From a virus (taxonomy: Duplodnaviria; Caudoviricetes): a DNA stretch of 64,000 bases. Positions within the stretch are counted from its first letter, which is position 1. Each line of letters begins with the position of its first letter. The stretch lies in the IMG/VR virus record IMGVR_UViG_3300028886_000036, positions 1-64,000 of that record. One strand, written 5' to 3'. The position numbers were made by a program, and so were the translations under genes. The notes beneath the pieces were generated by a model. That model did no database searches, was not told the origin of the DNA, and worked only from the letters and a program-made list of their open reading frames with translations. Shown one piece after another: positions 20,212-29,470 of the stretch.

Positions 20212-20640
20212 CTATACATCTCCTTTAAGAGTTAATTTTATGGTAAACATAATTGCATTGCGATCTCTCGGATTACCATCGAGTATTATCAACTTGCCAC
20301 TAGCATTTTGGACCCAGAAGTTACATCTCCAGATGGAATTTTCTGTAAATACTAGATTAACAAAAACTCGGTTCAGAAATGCTCTTAACGAATAGCTAAA
20401 AGATTCTTCTGGATTGGTTTGCCCATATGGAGTAACAGTATATCCCTTATCCTGAATGAATATGAGCTTATACTGCTGCTTTGATAAAAAGCACTTGTTA
20501 AATCTATCAATGCCTTTTAAGTGATCGATAATTACAGATATAATTTCATTAACTGATTCACAGGTATCGTTTTCAAGTGTAATAATCGGCTCCACTAAAC
20601 TAGGGTTATATTTGCTAGAGATTGAATACTTAACCTTCAT
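20212..20640 (-). CDS. Hypothetical protein
   Basis: Start reassigned to ATG 20640 (GGGAGG SD), 142 aa. Confidence 0.65.
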   Translation of the reverse strand: MKVKYSISSKYNPSLVEPIITLENDTCESVNEIISVIIDHLKGIDRFNKCFLSKQQYKLIFIQDKGYTVTPYGQTNPEESFSYSLRAFLNRVFVNLVFTENSIWRCNFWVQNASGKLIILDGNPRDRNAIMFTIKLTLKGDV

Positions 20641-20641
20641 T

Positions 20642-20824
20642 TTAATCCCTCCCATTATACATTTCATTCCAAAGATTTTTAGCTTCTGGCGACATGGACA
20701 GAAATTCGATACATTTTTTAGCAGCTTTGCAGTCTCTTGCAAACTGCCTCCTATTTCTTTCTTCCATATACCTCGGATGAGGTAACCCAATATCCAGCCT
20801 ACTAAGCTTATTGTGTCTAGCCAT
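20642..20824 (-). CDS. Small basic early protein
   Basis: 60 aa, AAGGAGGAG SD, first gene after the promoter motif at 20870. Confidence 0.7.
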   Translation of the reverse strand: MARHNKLSRLDIGLPHPRYMEERNRRQFARDCKAAKKCIEFLSMSPEAKNLWNEMYNGRD

Positions 20825-20869
20825 TTGAAAACTCCTCCTTATAGAGATATAAATAGATGTAGCAATACA

Positions 20870-20886
20870 ATAATATATTTACAAAA
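20870..20886 (-). promoter_or_regulatory. Putative phage early promoter (TTTTGTAAATATATTAT)
   Basis: One of six similar motifs heading minus-strand operons. Confidence 0.6.
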
Positions 20887-20914
20887 TTTGATATAAAAGA
20901 AAGAGGTGATCCTC

Positions 20915-21907
20915 ATAGAACTACAAGATTTAGTATTACCTATCTTACAAAATTCTTTACCACATAAAGGCGAGATGGCATATTTTATAGATGTAGAATC
21001 TAATAAAGCATTGCAAGAAGTTGGTAAGATTGATGGTGCTTATTATATAACGAAGAACTTATGGAATAAACTTATTAATACTGCTAATATTACAGAAGAA
21101 CAAGTTAAACAGTTTGCTTCTTTTATGCCGGGTGGTTATGTAGCATCTAACACATTCTATAATGCATTACTGATCTATATATTGGTGTTTGTGGCAGATG
21201 GTACAGTAGATAAAACTGTTTATAATATTAGTAGATACTATACTGCTATAACATTGTCATATATGAAAAGGAAGTATTTCCCAGTTTTAGATAAAAATCT
21301 TATGCAATATACCTTAGTACATGCACATGCTGCTACAGTAGCTAAACAAGGATGGAATGTGTTTGTCATTAAAGTGGCTGATGAAACTTTAAATAAATAT
21401 ATTGATATTTTTAGGGATAGAGTTTCTTTGTATGACTACTATCGTTATATTGTTGATATACACAATAAGGTTAACCAGTCAGTTAAACATTTAGCTATTA
21501 GATACTACAAGAATGTTGGTAAGGCCGATACTCCAGATATGACAGAGGATCTTGAGAATGCTTTAAACAATATTGATAAAGTTACTATGAATCCAAAATT
21601 TATCGAGTATATAGCTCAATTATCTGGAGTGTCTGAGATAGATGTTGAAGATATTTGTGTTAAGATCCACGACTTTAATGATGTTAATTCTACTATGCAG
21701 AATATCATCTTAAGATTCTTAAGACAGTATAGAGATAGAGAAGGTATCAATAAAGTTGGGATTACTGTTGCAGCTGGTAGAGGTCTTATTATGGAACCAA
21801 TACCTCAGTTAGCTGCTAAGACTCTAATGGATGTTGGTATAGAACCAGATAAACAGAATATTAGAGTAGTTATTTTGATTGCACTACTGTGCATAATGTA
21901 TGCGTAA
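20915..21907 (+). CDS. All-helical protein, possibly phage RNAP-associated (ATA start)
   Basis: AAAGAGGTGA SD 5 nt before ATA 20915; function tentative. Confidence 0.5.
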   Translation: MELQDLVLPILQNSLPHKGEMAYFIDVESNKALQEVGKIDGAYYITKNLWNKLINTANITEEQVKQFASFMPGGYVASNTFYNALLIYILVFVADGTVDKTVYNISRYYTAITLSYMKRKYFPVLDKNLMQYTLVHAHAATVAKQGWNVFVIKVADETLNKYIDIFRDRVSLYDYYRYIVDIHNKVNQSVKHLAIRYYKNVGKADTPDMTEDLENALNNIDKVTMNPKFIEYIAQLSGVSEIDVEDICVKIHDFNDVNSTMQNIILRFLRQYRDREGINKVGITVAAGRGLIMEPIPQLAAKTLMDVGIEPDKQNIRVVILIALLCIMYA

Positions 21908-22528
21908 ATGAGATATAGATTAATACTTAAAGAAGATGTTAATCAACATTTATATTTTTATCATTTAGGTCCAAAGAATCTTGATAAGATAGTTTCATTA
22001 GAGTATCAGTATAGAACTAATAAACAACTATTCCTAATAAACAGTAGTAAATATAGATTTAGATTATGTAATGGATGGAATGTTTATCCAGGTAGAAATC
22101 CTGAAAGTTTAACTTTAGAAGAAGTACATGATGGTATATGTAAGTTTAGAAAATCAGTTAATGGATGTAATCAGATCTATCTCTTTAGATATCCACCATT
22201 TAAGGGTCTAGGATTAAGTATGTCTAAAACATTATCTGGTAAAGGAATCTATAGAATTGACTTATATAGAATCAAACTGTTACTTAACTATATTACTTGG
22301 GGTTGGGTATTGAGTAATACTGACAATAAGAAACTTAATAAAAGTTATTACGAAAGAGTTACTCCTATAGAATACTTTAGTAGATATGATGATAATGCTT
22401 CTATGAGATTTGCTGCTATGAGCCATATAAGTGTTTCACCAAAAGAGTACTATATACCAAAGGAATATTTTAATCAAATACCGATACCTAATACTATAGA
22501 GGATGTTGTTAGATATGAGGGGATATAA
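21908..22528 (+). CDS. ADP-ribosyltransferase-like protein with MRYRLILKE leader
   Basis: FYHL..., IYLF, IYRIDL and YIPK pattern resembling ART-fold strands. Confidence 0.45.
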   Translation: MRYRLILKEDVNQHLYFYHLGPKNLDKIVSLEYQYRTNKQLFLINSSKYRFRLCNGWNVYPGRNPESLTLEEVHDGICKFRKSVNGCNQIYLFRYPPFKGLGLSMSKTLSGKGIYRIDLYRIKLLLNYITWGWVLSNTDNKKLNKSYYERVTPIEYFSRYDDNASMRFAAMSHISVSPKEYYIPKEYFNQIPIPNTIEDVVRYEGI

Positions 22529-22530
22529 CA

Positions 22531-23100
22531 ATGAATCACATTACTTATCATTACTTAATTAATGGTTGGAATGATCTTAAGGGTCATTATCTTTATGATG
22601 CGATGCATATACCAAATAAGTCCATTCAAGAAAAGGTATTTCACAAGTATGTTGATGATATAGAACATAGACTTAAAAAGGAAGGACAGCTAGAGTTATT
22701 AGATCAATTCAATGATAAGAAGACTTTAAGAGAAAAAGCAGATCTGATGTTTAAACTTATCTATGATGCACAGTTTAAAAAAATACTTAATAGACCTTAC
22801 TTTGGAGTATATGGTATATATACAATGCCTATAGATACTTTTGGTTATTTAGAACACCATAAGTGTAGAATTAGAATTGATTGTGATACTATAGATCCAG
22901 ATCTTATTGTAATTAGATTTGGTAGAAATTGCTATAAATATAATGAATCTAACTGGAATAAGATATGTGAACCATATGAACAATCAGGATACTTTATGAA
23001 AGTGAAAGATAAGTCCGGGTTTAGAGAATTTCCTACAGTAATCTTTATGTTGCCTAGGTTAAAGTTTTTGCCAGAAGATGTAGAGGTATATAAAAGATGA
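22531..23100 (+). CDS. Hypothetical protein, possible degenerate ART fold
   Basis: 189 aa; TYHY, GIYT, IRID; lies between two ART-like genes. Confidence 0.4.
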   Translation: MNHITYHYLINGWNDLKGHYLYDAMHIPNKSIQEKVFHKYVDDIEHRLKKEGQLELLDQFNDKKTLREKADLMFKLIYDAQFKKILNRPYFGVYGIYTMPIDTFGYLEHHKCRIRIDCDTIDPDLIVIRFGRNCYKYNESNWNKICEPYEQSGYFMKVKDKSGFREFPTVIFMLPRLKFLPEDVEVYKR

Positions 23101-24011
23101 GATATAGATTAATACTAAAAGAAGATACTTATCATAAGACTGTATATCATTTAAGTGATAATCCTAATTTAGATGGTGTAGTTTTAAAACCTAGTATACC
23201 TAAACTTAAATTTGATGATGAGAATGGTACCATCAAAAGAGTTTGTTTCTCAACTACTATAGACGGGTGTTTACAAGGATTATATCCAATATATCCTGGT
23301 ACTTCTTTAGATGATCTTAGATACACTAGCTTTGAGGGAGAATATCTTTATGTATATGAGCCGTTTAATTCTGATTTTAGCTATGTTGATACTGATACTT
23401 TAGTTAAAAAGAGATTAGTTCCTGATGCTGAAGTTAGTAAAGAAGTTTGGATTACATCTCCGGTTAAAGTTAAGTTAGTAGGTACAATCTACGTGTATCC
23501 ATATGATTCAGTTAAATCTTTTAAGTTTATTTGGAGAGGTAAACAAGATAAACCTGCTATTGGTATAAGGTTAAAATGGAAATGGGTAGATAGGTTAAAG
23601 GAAAGTTACTTAAGAGAAGACCTTGGTAATACTCCTAAAGGTTATAAAGATATCAATAAGATTATGGATTATTGTAATGAATGGTTTGAGAATAACCCAG
23701 ATAAAGCTGATAAGGTTATATGGAAAAGATACATCCAAGTTAGGAATTGGATTAGAGAACTTAAGAAGTATAGGAGTAAGTTTGGACCTATTACTTTTGA
23801 AAGAAAGATTGATGAATTAAAACTCAATAAAGAAAAAACAGGTAAGGATGGTTATATCACATTAGATAGAGCTATTCTTATATTTTTTAAAAAATGGAAA
23901 GAGAGTAATTATAATCTGGAAGATCTTAACAGAAGTATAATGTATTGTTTAGTTGAATTAAGATCTTTCAGAAAGAAATTTAAGAAACAAGAATTTAGTT
24001 GTAAGCTATAA
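23097..24011 (+). CDS. ADP-ribosyltransferase-like protein with MRYRLILKE leader and C-terminal extra domain
   Basis: VYHLS..LKPSIP..E..IKRVCFSTTIDGCL..YVYEP..VPDA..KEVWIT.PV; linker LKESYLRED. Confidence 0.6.
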   Translation: MRYRLILKEDTYHKTVYHLSDNPNLDGVVLKPSIPKLKFDDENGTIKRVCFSTTIDGCLQGLYPIYPGTSLDDLRYTSFEGEYLYVYEPFNSDFSYVDTDTLVKKRLVPDAEVSKEVWITSPVKVKLVGTIYVYPYDSVKSFKFIWRGKQDKPAIGIRLKWKWVDRLKESYLREDLGNTPKGYKDINKIMDYCNEWFENNPDKADKVIWKRYIQVRNWIRELKKYRSKFGPITFERKIDELKLNKEKTGKDGYITLDRAILIFFKKWKESNYNLEDLNRSIMYCLVELRSFRKKFKKQEFSCKL

Positions 24012-24019
24012 CAAAAAGA

Positions 24020-24045
24020 AAAGGGCAGTTAATGTGGCTTGCCCA
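24020..24045 (-). terminator. Intrinsic terminator
   Basis: Minus strand GGGCA..TGCCC followed by TTTTCTTTTT. Confidence 0.6.
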
Positions 24046-24058
24046 GGCCGAGTTTTGG

Positions 24059-24229
24059 TTAACTTTTATTTTCTTCTTTTTTAGCGGATTCCTGACGAGC
24101 AGCTTCTGCATCGCAGAGAGCCGACTCGTAATTAAACCCGCAGCCATAACAATCGTATTCGCAGTACGACCCGCCAGCGAAGCACATAGGCAATCCTGTA
24201 ATAGGATTGATTTCAAAGTTTCTTGCCAT
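24059..24229 (-). CDS. Small Cys-rich early protein (56 aa, MARNFEINPITGLPMCF...)
   Basis: Not in the ORF track; purine-rich SD; own promoter motif (24309) and terminator; elevated GC; C-x6-C-x3-C-x2-C-x8-C. Confidence 0.7.
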   Translation of the reverse strand: MARNFEINPITGLPMCFAGGSYCEYDCYGCGFNYESALCDAEAARQESAKKEENKS

Positions 24230-24308
24230 AAAAGGCCTCTTTCTCCTACACTATAGCAGTAGGCGCTATGGGTTGATTGGCTTAAAGCTTTTTGCTTTTG
24301 CCACAAAT

Positions 24309-24325
24309 ACAATATATATACAATT
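24309..24325 (-). promoter_or_regulatory. Putative phage early promoter (AATTGTATATATATTGT)
   Basis: Matches the shared motif. Confidence 0.55.
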
Positions 24326-24338
24326 GAGGTGATAATAA

Positions 24339-24908
24339 ATGCTTTCAAATTGGGATAAAGCTTTTAATTCTGTTTTGAAGTATGAGGGTGGTTATGTTAA
24401 TGATCCACTTGATATGGGTGGAGAGACCAATATGGGTATAACCAAGAATACTCTTATTAAAGCACAGAATGAAGGCATAGTTGATAGAAAAATCACAGTC
24501 AAAACTTTAAGAAAATCTGATGCACAAAAGATATATAAAGCATATTATTGGGATAAGATGTATTGTGATGATTATGAAACTCCAATAGATCATATCATTT
24601 TTGATTCAGTAGTTAACCATGGCATTAAAGGTGGTTCTAGAATAGTTCAAAGAGCTGTTAATAGTATGGGTATAGAAGGTCTTTCATTAGTGGTTGATGG
24701 TATTTTTGGTAGAATGTCTAGAGAAGCTATTGATAGAATATGTGCTTTAGAGGAAACTACTAAATTAGCTAAAATGATACTTATAAAGAGAAAGGCTTAC
24801 TATGATGATATTATTGCTAGTAAACCTTCACAAGCAAAGTTTAGAAGAGGTTGGTATAATAGATTAAATAACTTAGCTAAAGACTGTGGTATTGATTGGA
24901 AGGTTTAA
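24339..24908 (+). CDS. Endolysin, glycoside hydrolase family 108 with C-terminal peptidoglycan-binding domain
   Basis: EGGYVNDPLDMGGETNMGIT, IY..YYWD, FDSVVNHG, VDGIFG, FRRGWYNRL. Confidence 0.9.
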   Translation: MLSNWDKAFNSVLKYEGGYVNDPLDMGGETNMGITKNTLIKAQNEGIVDRKITVKTLRKSDAQKIYKAYYWDKMYCDDYETPIDHIIFDSVVNHGIKGGSRIVQRAVNSMGIEGLSLVVDGIFGRMSREAIDRICALEETTKLAKMILIKRKAYYDDIIASKPSQAKFRRGWYNRLNNLAKDCGIDWKV

Positions 24909-24913
24909 TTTAA

Positions 24914-25333
24914 ATGGCTTTCTCTAATACTTTAGATTCATTAAGTGCTACAGTATTAGCAGAAGTTGAAGATATAGTTAATAATAGAATAGCATCTTCT
25001 ACTGAAAAGGTAGCTGTATTAACTCCGTCAAATAATGTAGTTACAATAGATCCTAGTTCTGCATCATTGTTTAAGATTACTTGCAGTTCTAATACAGCTA
25101 TCTCTTTAGAAGATATTGATGAGATATACACTAATAATGGTGGTACAGTTTCTATATTATTAACTAGAAGTTCTGATTCAGTAGTAATTACATGGCCCAA
25201 TAGTATTACCTGGAATGATGGTACTGCACCAACTTTATCACATGTTGATATGATAATTTTAACTACTTTTGATGGTGATACTACTTGGGTTGGTAATGCT
25301 ATTACTGTAGATAGTACATTTCCTTCAGAATGA
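24914..25333 (+). CDS. Tail-fibre adapter-like protein (copy 1, standalone)
   Basis: TIDP..LF..SILL..ITWPNSITW.DG.AP.LS..TFDG..W domain seen 7 times in the window. Confidence 0.65.
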   Translation: MAFSNTLDSLSATVLAEVEDIVNNRIASSTEKVAVLTPSNNVVTIDPSSASLFKITCSSNTAISLEDIDEIYTNNGGTVSILLTRSSDSVVITWPNSITWNDGTAPTLSHVDMIILTTFDGDTTWVGNAITVDSTFPSE

Positions 25334-25890
25334 TTACTAGAGCTATAAGACAGTTACATTGTAAATCTAAATCACCAGAAAGACTTTATTTATATAACTA
25401 TGGGGATGAATGTGTAGATGTAACTGGAGGATGGGGTGTAATATATCAAAGTAATAAAACTCTAACTAAAGAATCTGACCATCTTTTATGGACACCATCT
25501 TCTGGAACTATGCAGCATGCTTGGATTTATACTATGAATACTATTGATTTTAGTCCTTGGTCAATGCTTCATATAGATTTTGAGGATTATATTACGAATG
25601 GGAATACAAGCCAATTTTATATATGGGCATCTACTGATAGGACATCTAGAGCTTATAATGATACAGGAAAAGTATTCACAGTTTTAGATACAAACTACGG
25701 AAGATCAATGGATAGCTATAAATATAAGAGAAATTACGACTTTACTTATGATGATTATTTAGCAATCAGGCCAAATGATACTAAACCAGATTTATCACAA
25801 TACACAACTCCATATTATTTGGGAATAGGTCACTATTCAGATTATTCTCAAACTGGTTATGCTAAAATTTATGAGGTTTGGTTAGAATAA
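25330..25890 (+). CDS. Putative receptor-binding beta-sandwich protein
   Basis: RLYLYNYGDECVDVTGGW..YEVWLE domain shared with 25905-27020; aromatic-rich. Confidence 0.55.
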   Translation: MITRAIRQLHCKSKSPERLYLYNYGDECVDVTGGWGVIYQSNKTLTKESDHLLWTPSSGTMQHAWIYTMNTIDFSPWSMLHIDFEDYITNGNTSQFYIWASTDRTSRAYNDTGKVFTVLDTNYGRSMDSYKYKRNYDFTYDDYLAIRPNDTKPDLSQYTTPYYLGIGHYSDYSQTGYAKIYEVWLE

Positions 25891-25904
25891 AAGGAGATGT
25901 ATAA

Positions 25905-27020
25905 ATGACAACTTATAGTAAACCTATATTTAATATACCAGTAAGTTTTTCTAGTAGTCCTATTGTTTATGTTTATAAAACAGTATCTTTTACATCTCCT
26001 TCTAATTTAACTTCTAATGGAACTTTAGGTGGAGATAGTTTTGCTGTATCTCGTTATTATTGGTCTAATGGAGAGTATTTATTTGTTGACGATCTTCCAG
26101 AAAATGCTAATGATGAGCATCCTGCTTGGAAAGCATTTGATTCAAGTTCTTCTACATTTAATTATATTTGGGCTAATGAAGATCATCATGGGTATATGAT
26201 AATATATAATCCAGACCCTATAAATATAGAAAGTATAACTATTACTATGAGATCTTCAACATATGGTATTAGATCATTCTATTTACAAGGAAGTAATGAT
26301 GGTATTAATTATACTAATATTGAATACTTTAATGCCGGTAATACGTCTCCATCTACTTGGAATATAACTGTATCACCTTATAACGGTTATTATAAATATT
26401 ATAGGTGGGAAGTTGATAGAGGCTCGAGAGATTCATCAAGCTATACTAGTGTTCAAATGTCTAATATAGTTATTACTGGAACTAAAAAAGTTGCAAATAA
26501 AAGATTATACTTATACAATAATGGTAATGAATGCTTAAGTGTAACTGGTGGATGGGTTATTGACGAGAATTCTGCAAGTGATGGAACATATCCTTATAAA
26601 GGAGAAGATGGGTTATATTTACAGTATTCACATATGGGGTGGCCTGGCAGTTGTTTTATAACTAACAACATTATTCCCATACTTAGCTATTCAAAAATAG
26701 GATGTGTATTTAGAATATATAAAACTTATTCTAGATATCAATGTATTAGATTTGTAAATACTAATCAAATAGATTATTCATCTGGGTATAGTAACAGACC
26801 AGTATTTCCTACATATAGTTATTTAGCTACAGAATCTAGTCCATATGATGATGTTGGGTTAGCTTATGGAACAGTAAATCAATGGTCGGAAGATATAGTG
26901 TTATATGCTAGTGCTGAGCATGAGTGGAGATGGACTACTAATACTAAAATAGCAATAAACTTTTGGGGTGGAGATTCTGGATCTGGATATTTACACGTTA
27001 AGCAATTGTGGCTAGAGTAA
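25905..27020 (+). CDS. Putative receptor-binding protein: discoidin/F5-8-like domain plus RLYLYN..WLE domain
   Basis: AWKAFD, LQGSNDG..YT, YKYYRW discoidin-like motifs. Confidence 0.6.
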   Translation: MTTYSKPIFNIPVSFSSSPIVYVYKTVSFTSPSNLTSNGTLGGDSFAVSRYYWSNGEYLFVDDLPENANDEHPAWKAFDSSSSTFNYIWANEDHHGYMIIYNPDPINIESITITMRSSTYGIRSFYLQGSNDGINYTNIEYFNAGNTSPSTWNITVSPYNGYYKYYRWEVDRGSRDSSSYTSVQMSNIVITGTKKVANKRLYLYNNGNECLSVTGGWVIDENSASDGTYPYKGEDGLYLQYSHMGWPGSCFITNNIIPILSYSKIGCVFRIYKTYSRYQCIRFVNTNQIDYSSGYSNRPVFPTYSYLATESSPYDDVGLAYGTVNQWSEDIVLYASAEHEWRWTTNTKIAINFWGGDSGSGYLHVKQLWLE

Positions 27021-27037
27021 AAGGAGGTATGATATGA

Positions 27038-28003
27038 ATGGCTGTAGTTGATACTTTAAATTCATTAGGTAAAATCATTCTACCAAAGGAAAATCCAGTA
27101 GAATTAACTATTACCAATAACACAATTACTATAGATCCTAATAGTGGATCTTATTTCTTTTTAGATGATATAGATAGCAATCTTACTATTAACATTAGTT
27201 CATTGAGTGCTAGTAGTAAAACTATATACCTTAAACTTAACTTTGATGAAGACAATATTGTTATAAGTTGGCCTAATAATATAAAATGGCAAGAATTAAT
27301 TTCACCTAATATTAGCCAATATGAAGATTTATTCATATCTTTGATGACTTTAGATGGTGGTACTACTTGGTATAGTGAACCTGTTATTAAGACTAAACCA
27401 TTGACCGATTTAAGTTATTACATGGCTAATAAATATCCAGGTAGTTATAGAACATTAACATCAATACCGGTATCTGATATATTATATTTTAGTAAAATTA
27501 GACCCACATCGCTTGATAACACATTTTCAGGTGCTCTTGGTGCTTCCTCTGGTTCAACGTCATATTTAGAACTAGATGTATCTGATTTGGATACTAGTAA
27601 TGTTACTAATATGCAGGGTGTGTTTTATTATTGTAGTTCATTAACTTCATTAGATTTATCTAATTGGGATACTAGTAATGTTACAGTTACGAGTAATATG
27701 TTTAGGAGTTGCAGTTCATTAACTTCATTAGATTTGTCTGATTGGGATACTAGTAAGGTTAGTAATGACGCTTTTATGTTTACAGATTGTGATTTGGAAT
27801 ATATGATCCTAAATTCAAATACTGTAAAAATGACTAAATCAAATGGTCTTAACAATACTTGTAAAATACTAGTTCCATCAAGTGCATTAAACACATATAA
27901 ATCACATTCAGCTTGGTCTTCGAGAGCTTCACAATTTGATGCTATAGAAAACTATACAATTACTAGATCTAATGGACAAGTTACAGTGACTCCAAATACA
28001 TAA
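27038..28003 (+). CDS. Adapter domain fused to BspA-like leucine-rich repeats
   Basis: N-terminal adapter domain; DTSNVTNM..F..CSSLTSLDLSNW repeats. Confidence 0.75.
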   Translation: MAVVDTLNSLGKIILPKENPVELTITNNTITIDPNSGSYFFLDDIDSNLTINISSLSASSKTIYLKLNFDEDNIVISWPNNIKWQELISPNISQYEDLFISLMTLDGGTTWYSEPVIKTKPLTDLSYYMANKYPGSYRTLTSIPVSDILYFSKIRPTSLDNTFSGALGASSGSTSYLELDVSDLDTSNVTNMQGVFYYCSSLTSLDLSNWDTSNVTVTSNMFRSCSSLTSLDLSDWDTSKVSNDAFMFTDCDLEYMILNSNTVKMTKSNGLNNTCKILVPSSALNTYKSHSAWSSRASQFDAIENYTITRSNGQVTVTPNT

Positions 28004-28023
28004 TATAAGGGGGTATGATATGA

Positions 28024-28410
28024 ATGGCCTTTGTTGATACGATCAATTCTTTAAAAAAAAGAATGCTACAGAATTCATTAGAAAGAAGTATCACAGTTAC
28101 TCCTTCTAATAACACATTTACAATAGATCCAAATAAAGCAGCTTTGTTTTTAGTGAATGTTGCAGCTAATTCTACTATAGCTGTTTCTACTTTAAATTCA
28201 GATTATACTAATACTGGTTCGGTATTTTCTATATTACTTACTTTAGGTAGTGATTCATATACAGTATCTTGGCCTAACAATATAAAGTGGGCTGATGGAG
28301 AAGCACCTGAACTTTCTTATAAGAATCTTGTTACTTTTACTAAATTTGATAGTAGCTCTGATTGGGTTGGTGGATCTGTAGTTATTGATGCTACATTTCC
28401 TACTGCTTAA
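28024..28410 (+). CDS. Tail-fibre adapter-like protein (standalone)
   Basis: Paralogue of 24914 and 51553. Confidence 0.65.
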   Translation: MAFVDTINSLKKRMLQNSLERSITVTPSNNTFTIDPNKAALFLVNVAANSTIAVSTLNSDYTNTGSVFSILLTLGSDSYTVSWPNNIKWADGEAPELSYKNLVTFTKFDSSSDWVGGSVVIDATFPTA

Positions 28411-28427
28411 ATTGAAAGGAGATTAGA

Positions 28428-28961
28428 ATGAGTGTTCTTTCAAATGAAAGTTTTTATTGGGCAAAAGAAACAGCTGAAGATATAAATGGTATACCAGCCA
28501 GATATACCGTAGACTTTGAAGGAAATGCTATTTGTACTCATAGTTTTAGCTTAGAGCATGTTTTTGATGATGCTACTAGTGTAGATTCTTATGGATTATA
28601 TATGGCATTTTATAATTGTACAGGAATCACTGGAAGCATTTCGTTCCCTGAATTAACTAGTATAGATAATTATGGGTTAAGCTATGCATTTTGTAATTGT
28701 AAAGGAATCACTGGAAGTGTTTCGTTTCCTAAATTAACTAGTGTAGGTACGTATGGGTTATACGAGGCATTTTATAATTGTACAGGAATCACTGGAAGCA
28801 TTTCGTTCCCTGAATTAACTAGTATAGATAATTATGGGTTATACGATGCATTTTATAATTGTACAGGAATCACAGAATTGCATTTCAGATCAGATATGCA
28901 ATCTACTATTGGTTCCAATAAATATGGTGCAACTAATGCTACTGTTTATTTTGATTTATAA
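28428..28961 (+). CDS. BspA/TpLRR-type LRR protein, putative receptor-binding
   Basis: 26-aa repeats AFYNCTGITGSISFPELTS; C-terminus GATNATVYFDL. Confidence 0.75.
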   Translation: MSVLSNESFYWAKETAEDINGIPARYTVDFEGNAICTHSFSLEHVFDDATSVDSYGLYMAFYNCTGITGSISFPELTSIDNYGLSYAFCNCKGITGSVSFPKLTSVGTYGLYEAFYNCTGITGSISFPELTSIDNYGLYDAFYNCTGITELHFRSDMQSTIGSNKYGATNATVYFDL

Positions 28962-29470
28962 TTAAAATGGAGAATAAATATGTTATATTCAAGTAGTATA
29001 ATAGAAAATAAAAAAATATATAGAGCTAATTATCAAAACCTTGAGTTTACTGAAATTAAAACCATAGGTACGTATGGGTTATACTATGCATTTTATAATT
29101 GTACAGGAATCACTGGAAGCATTTCGTTCCCTGAATTAACTAGTGTAGATTCTGATGGGTTATCCTATGCATTTTATAATTGTACAGGAATCACTGGAAG
29201 TGTTTCGTTTCCTAAATTAACTAGTATAGGTTATTATGGGTTAAACTATGCATTTCGAGGTTGTACAGGAATCACTGGAAGCATTTCGTTCCCTGAATTA
29301 ACTAATGTAGATTCTGATGGGTTATCCTATGCATTTTATAATTGTAAAGGAATCACTGGAAGTGTTTCGTTCCCTAAATTAACTAGTATAGGTACTTATG
29401 GGTTATCCTATGCATTTTATAATTGTACAGGAATCACTGGAGCTGTGTCTTTTCCAGAATTAACTACTAT
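28575..29470 (+). repeat. 78-bp near-identical tandem repeats shared by two genes (about 4 + 5 units)
   Basis: Core GCATTTTATAATTGTACAGGAATCACTGGAAG..TTAACTAGT. Confidence 0.9.

Noticed and set aside
24012-24300. tRNA or ncRNA in a GC-rich gap
   Set aside because: No cloverleaf or TTC-loop/CCA pattern; explained by a 56-aa minus-strand ORF and terminator.
28575-29470. CRISPR array
   Set aside because: Repeats are in-frame 78-bp coding units without unique spacers.
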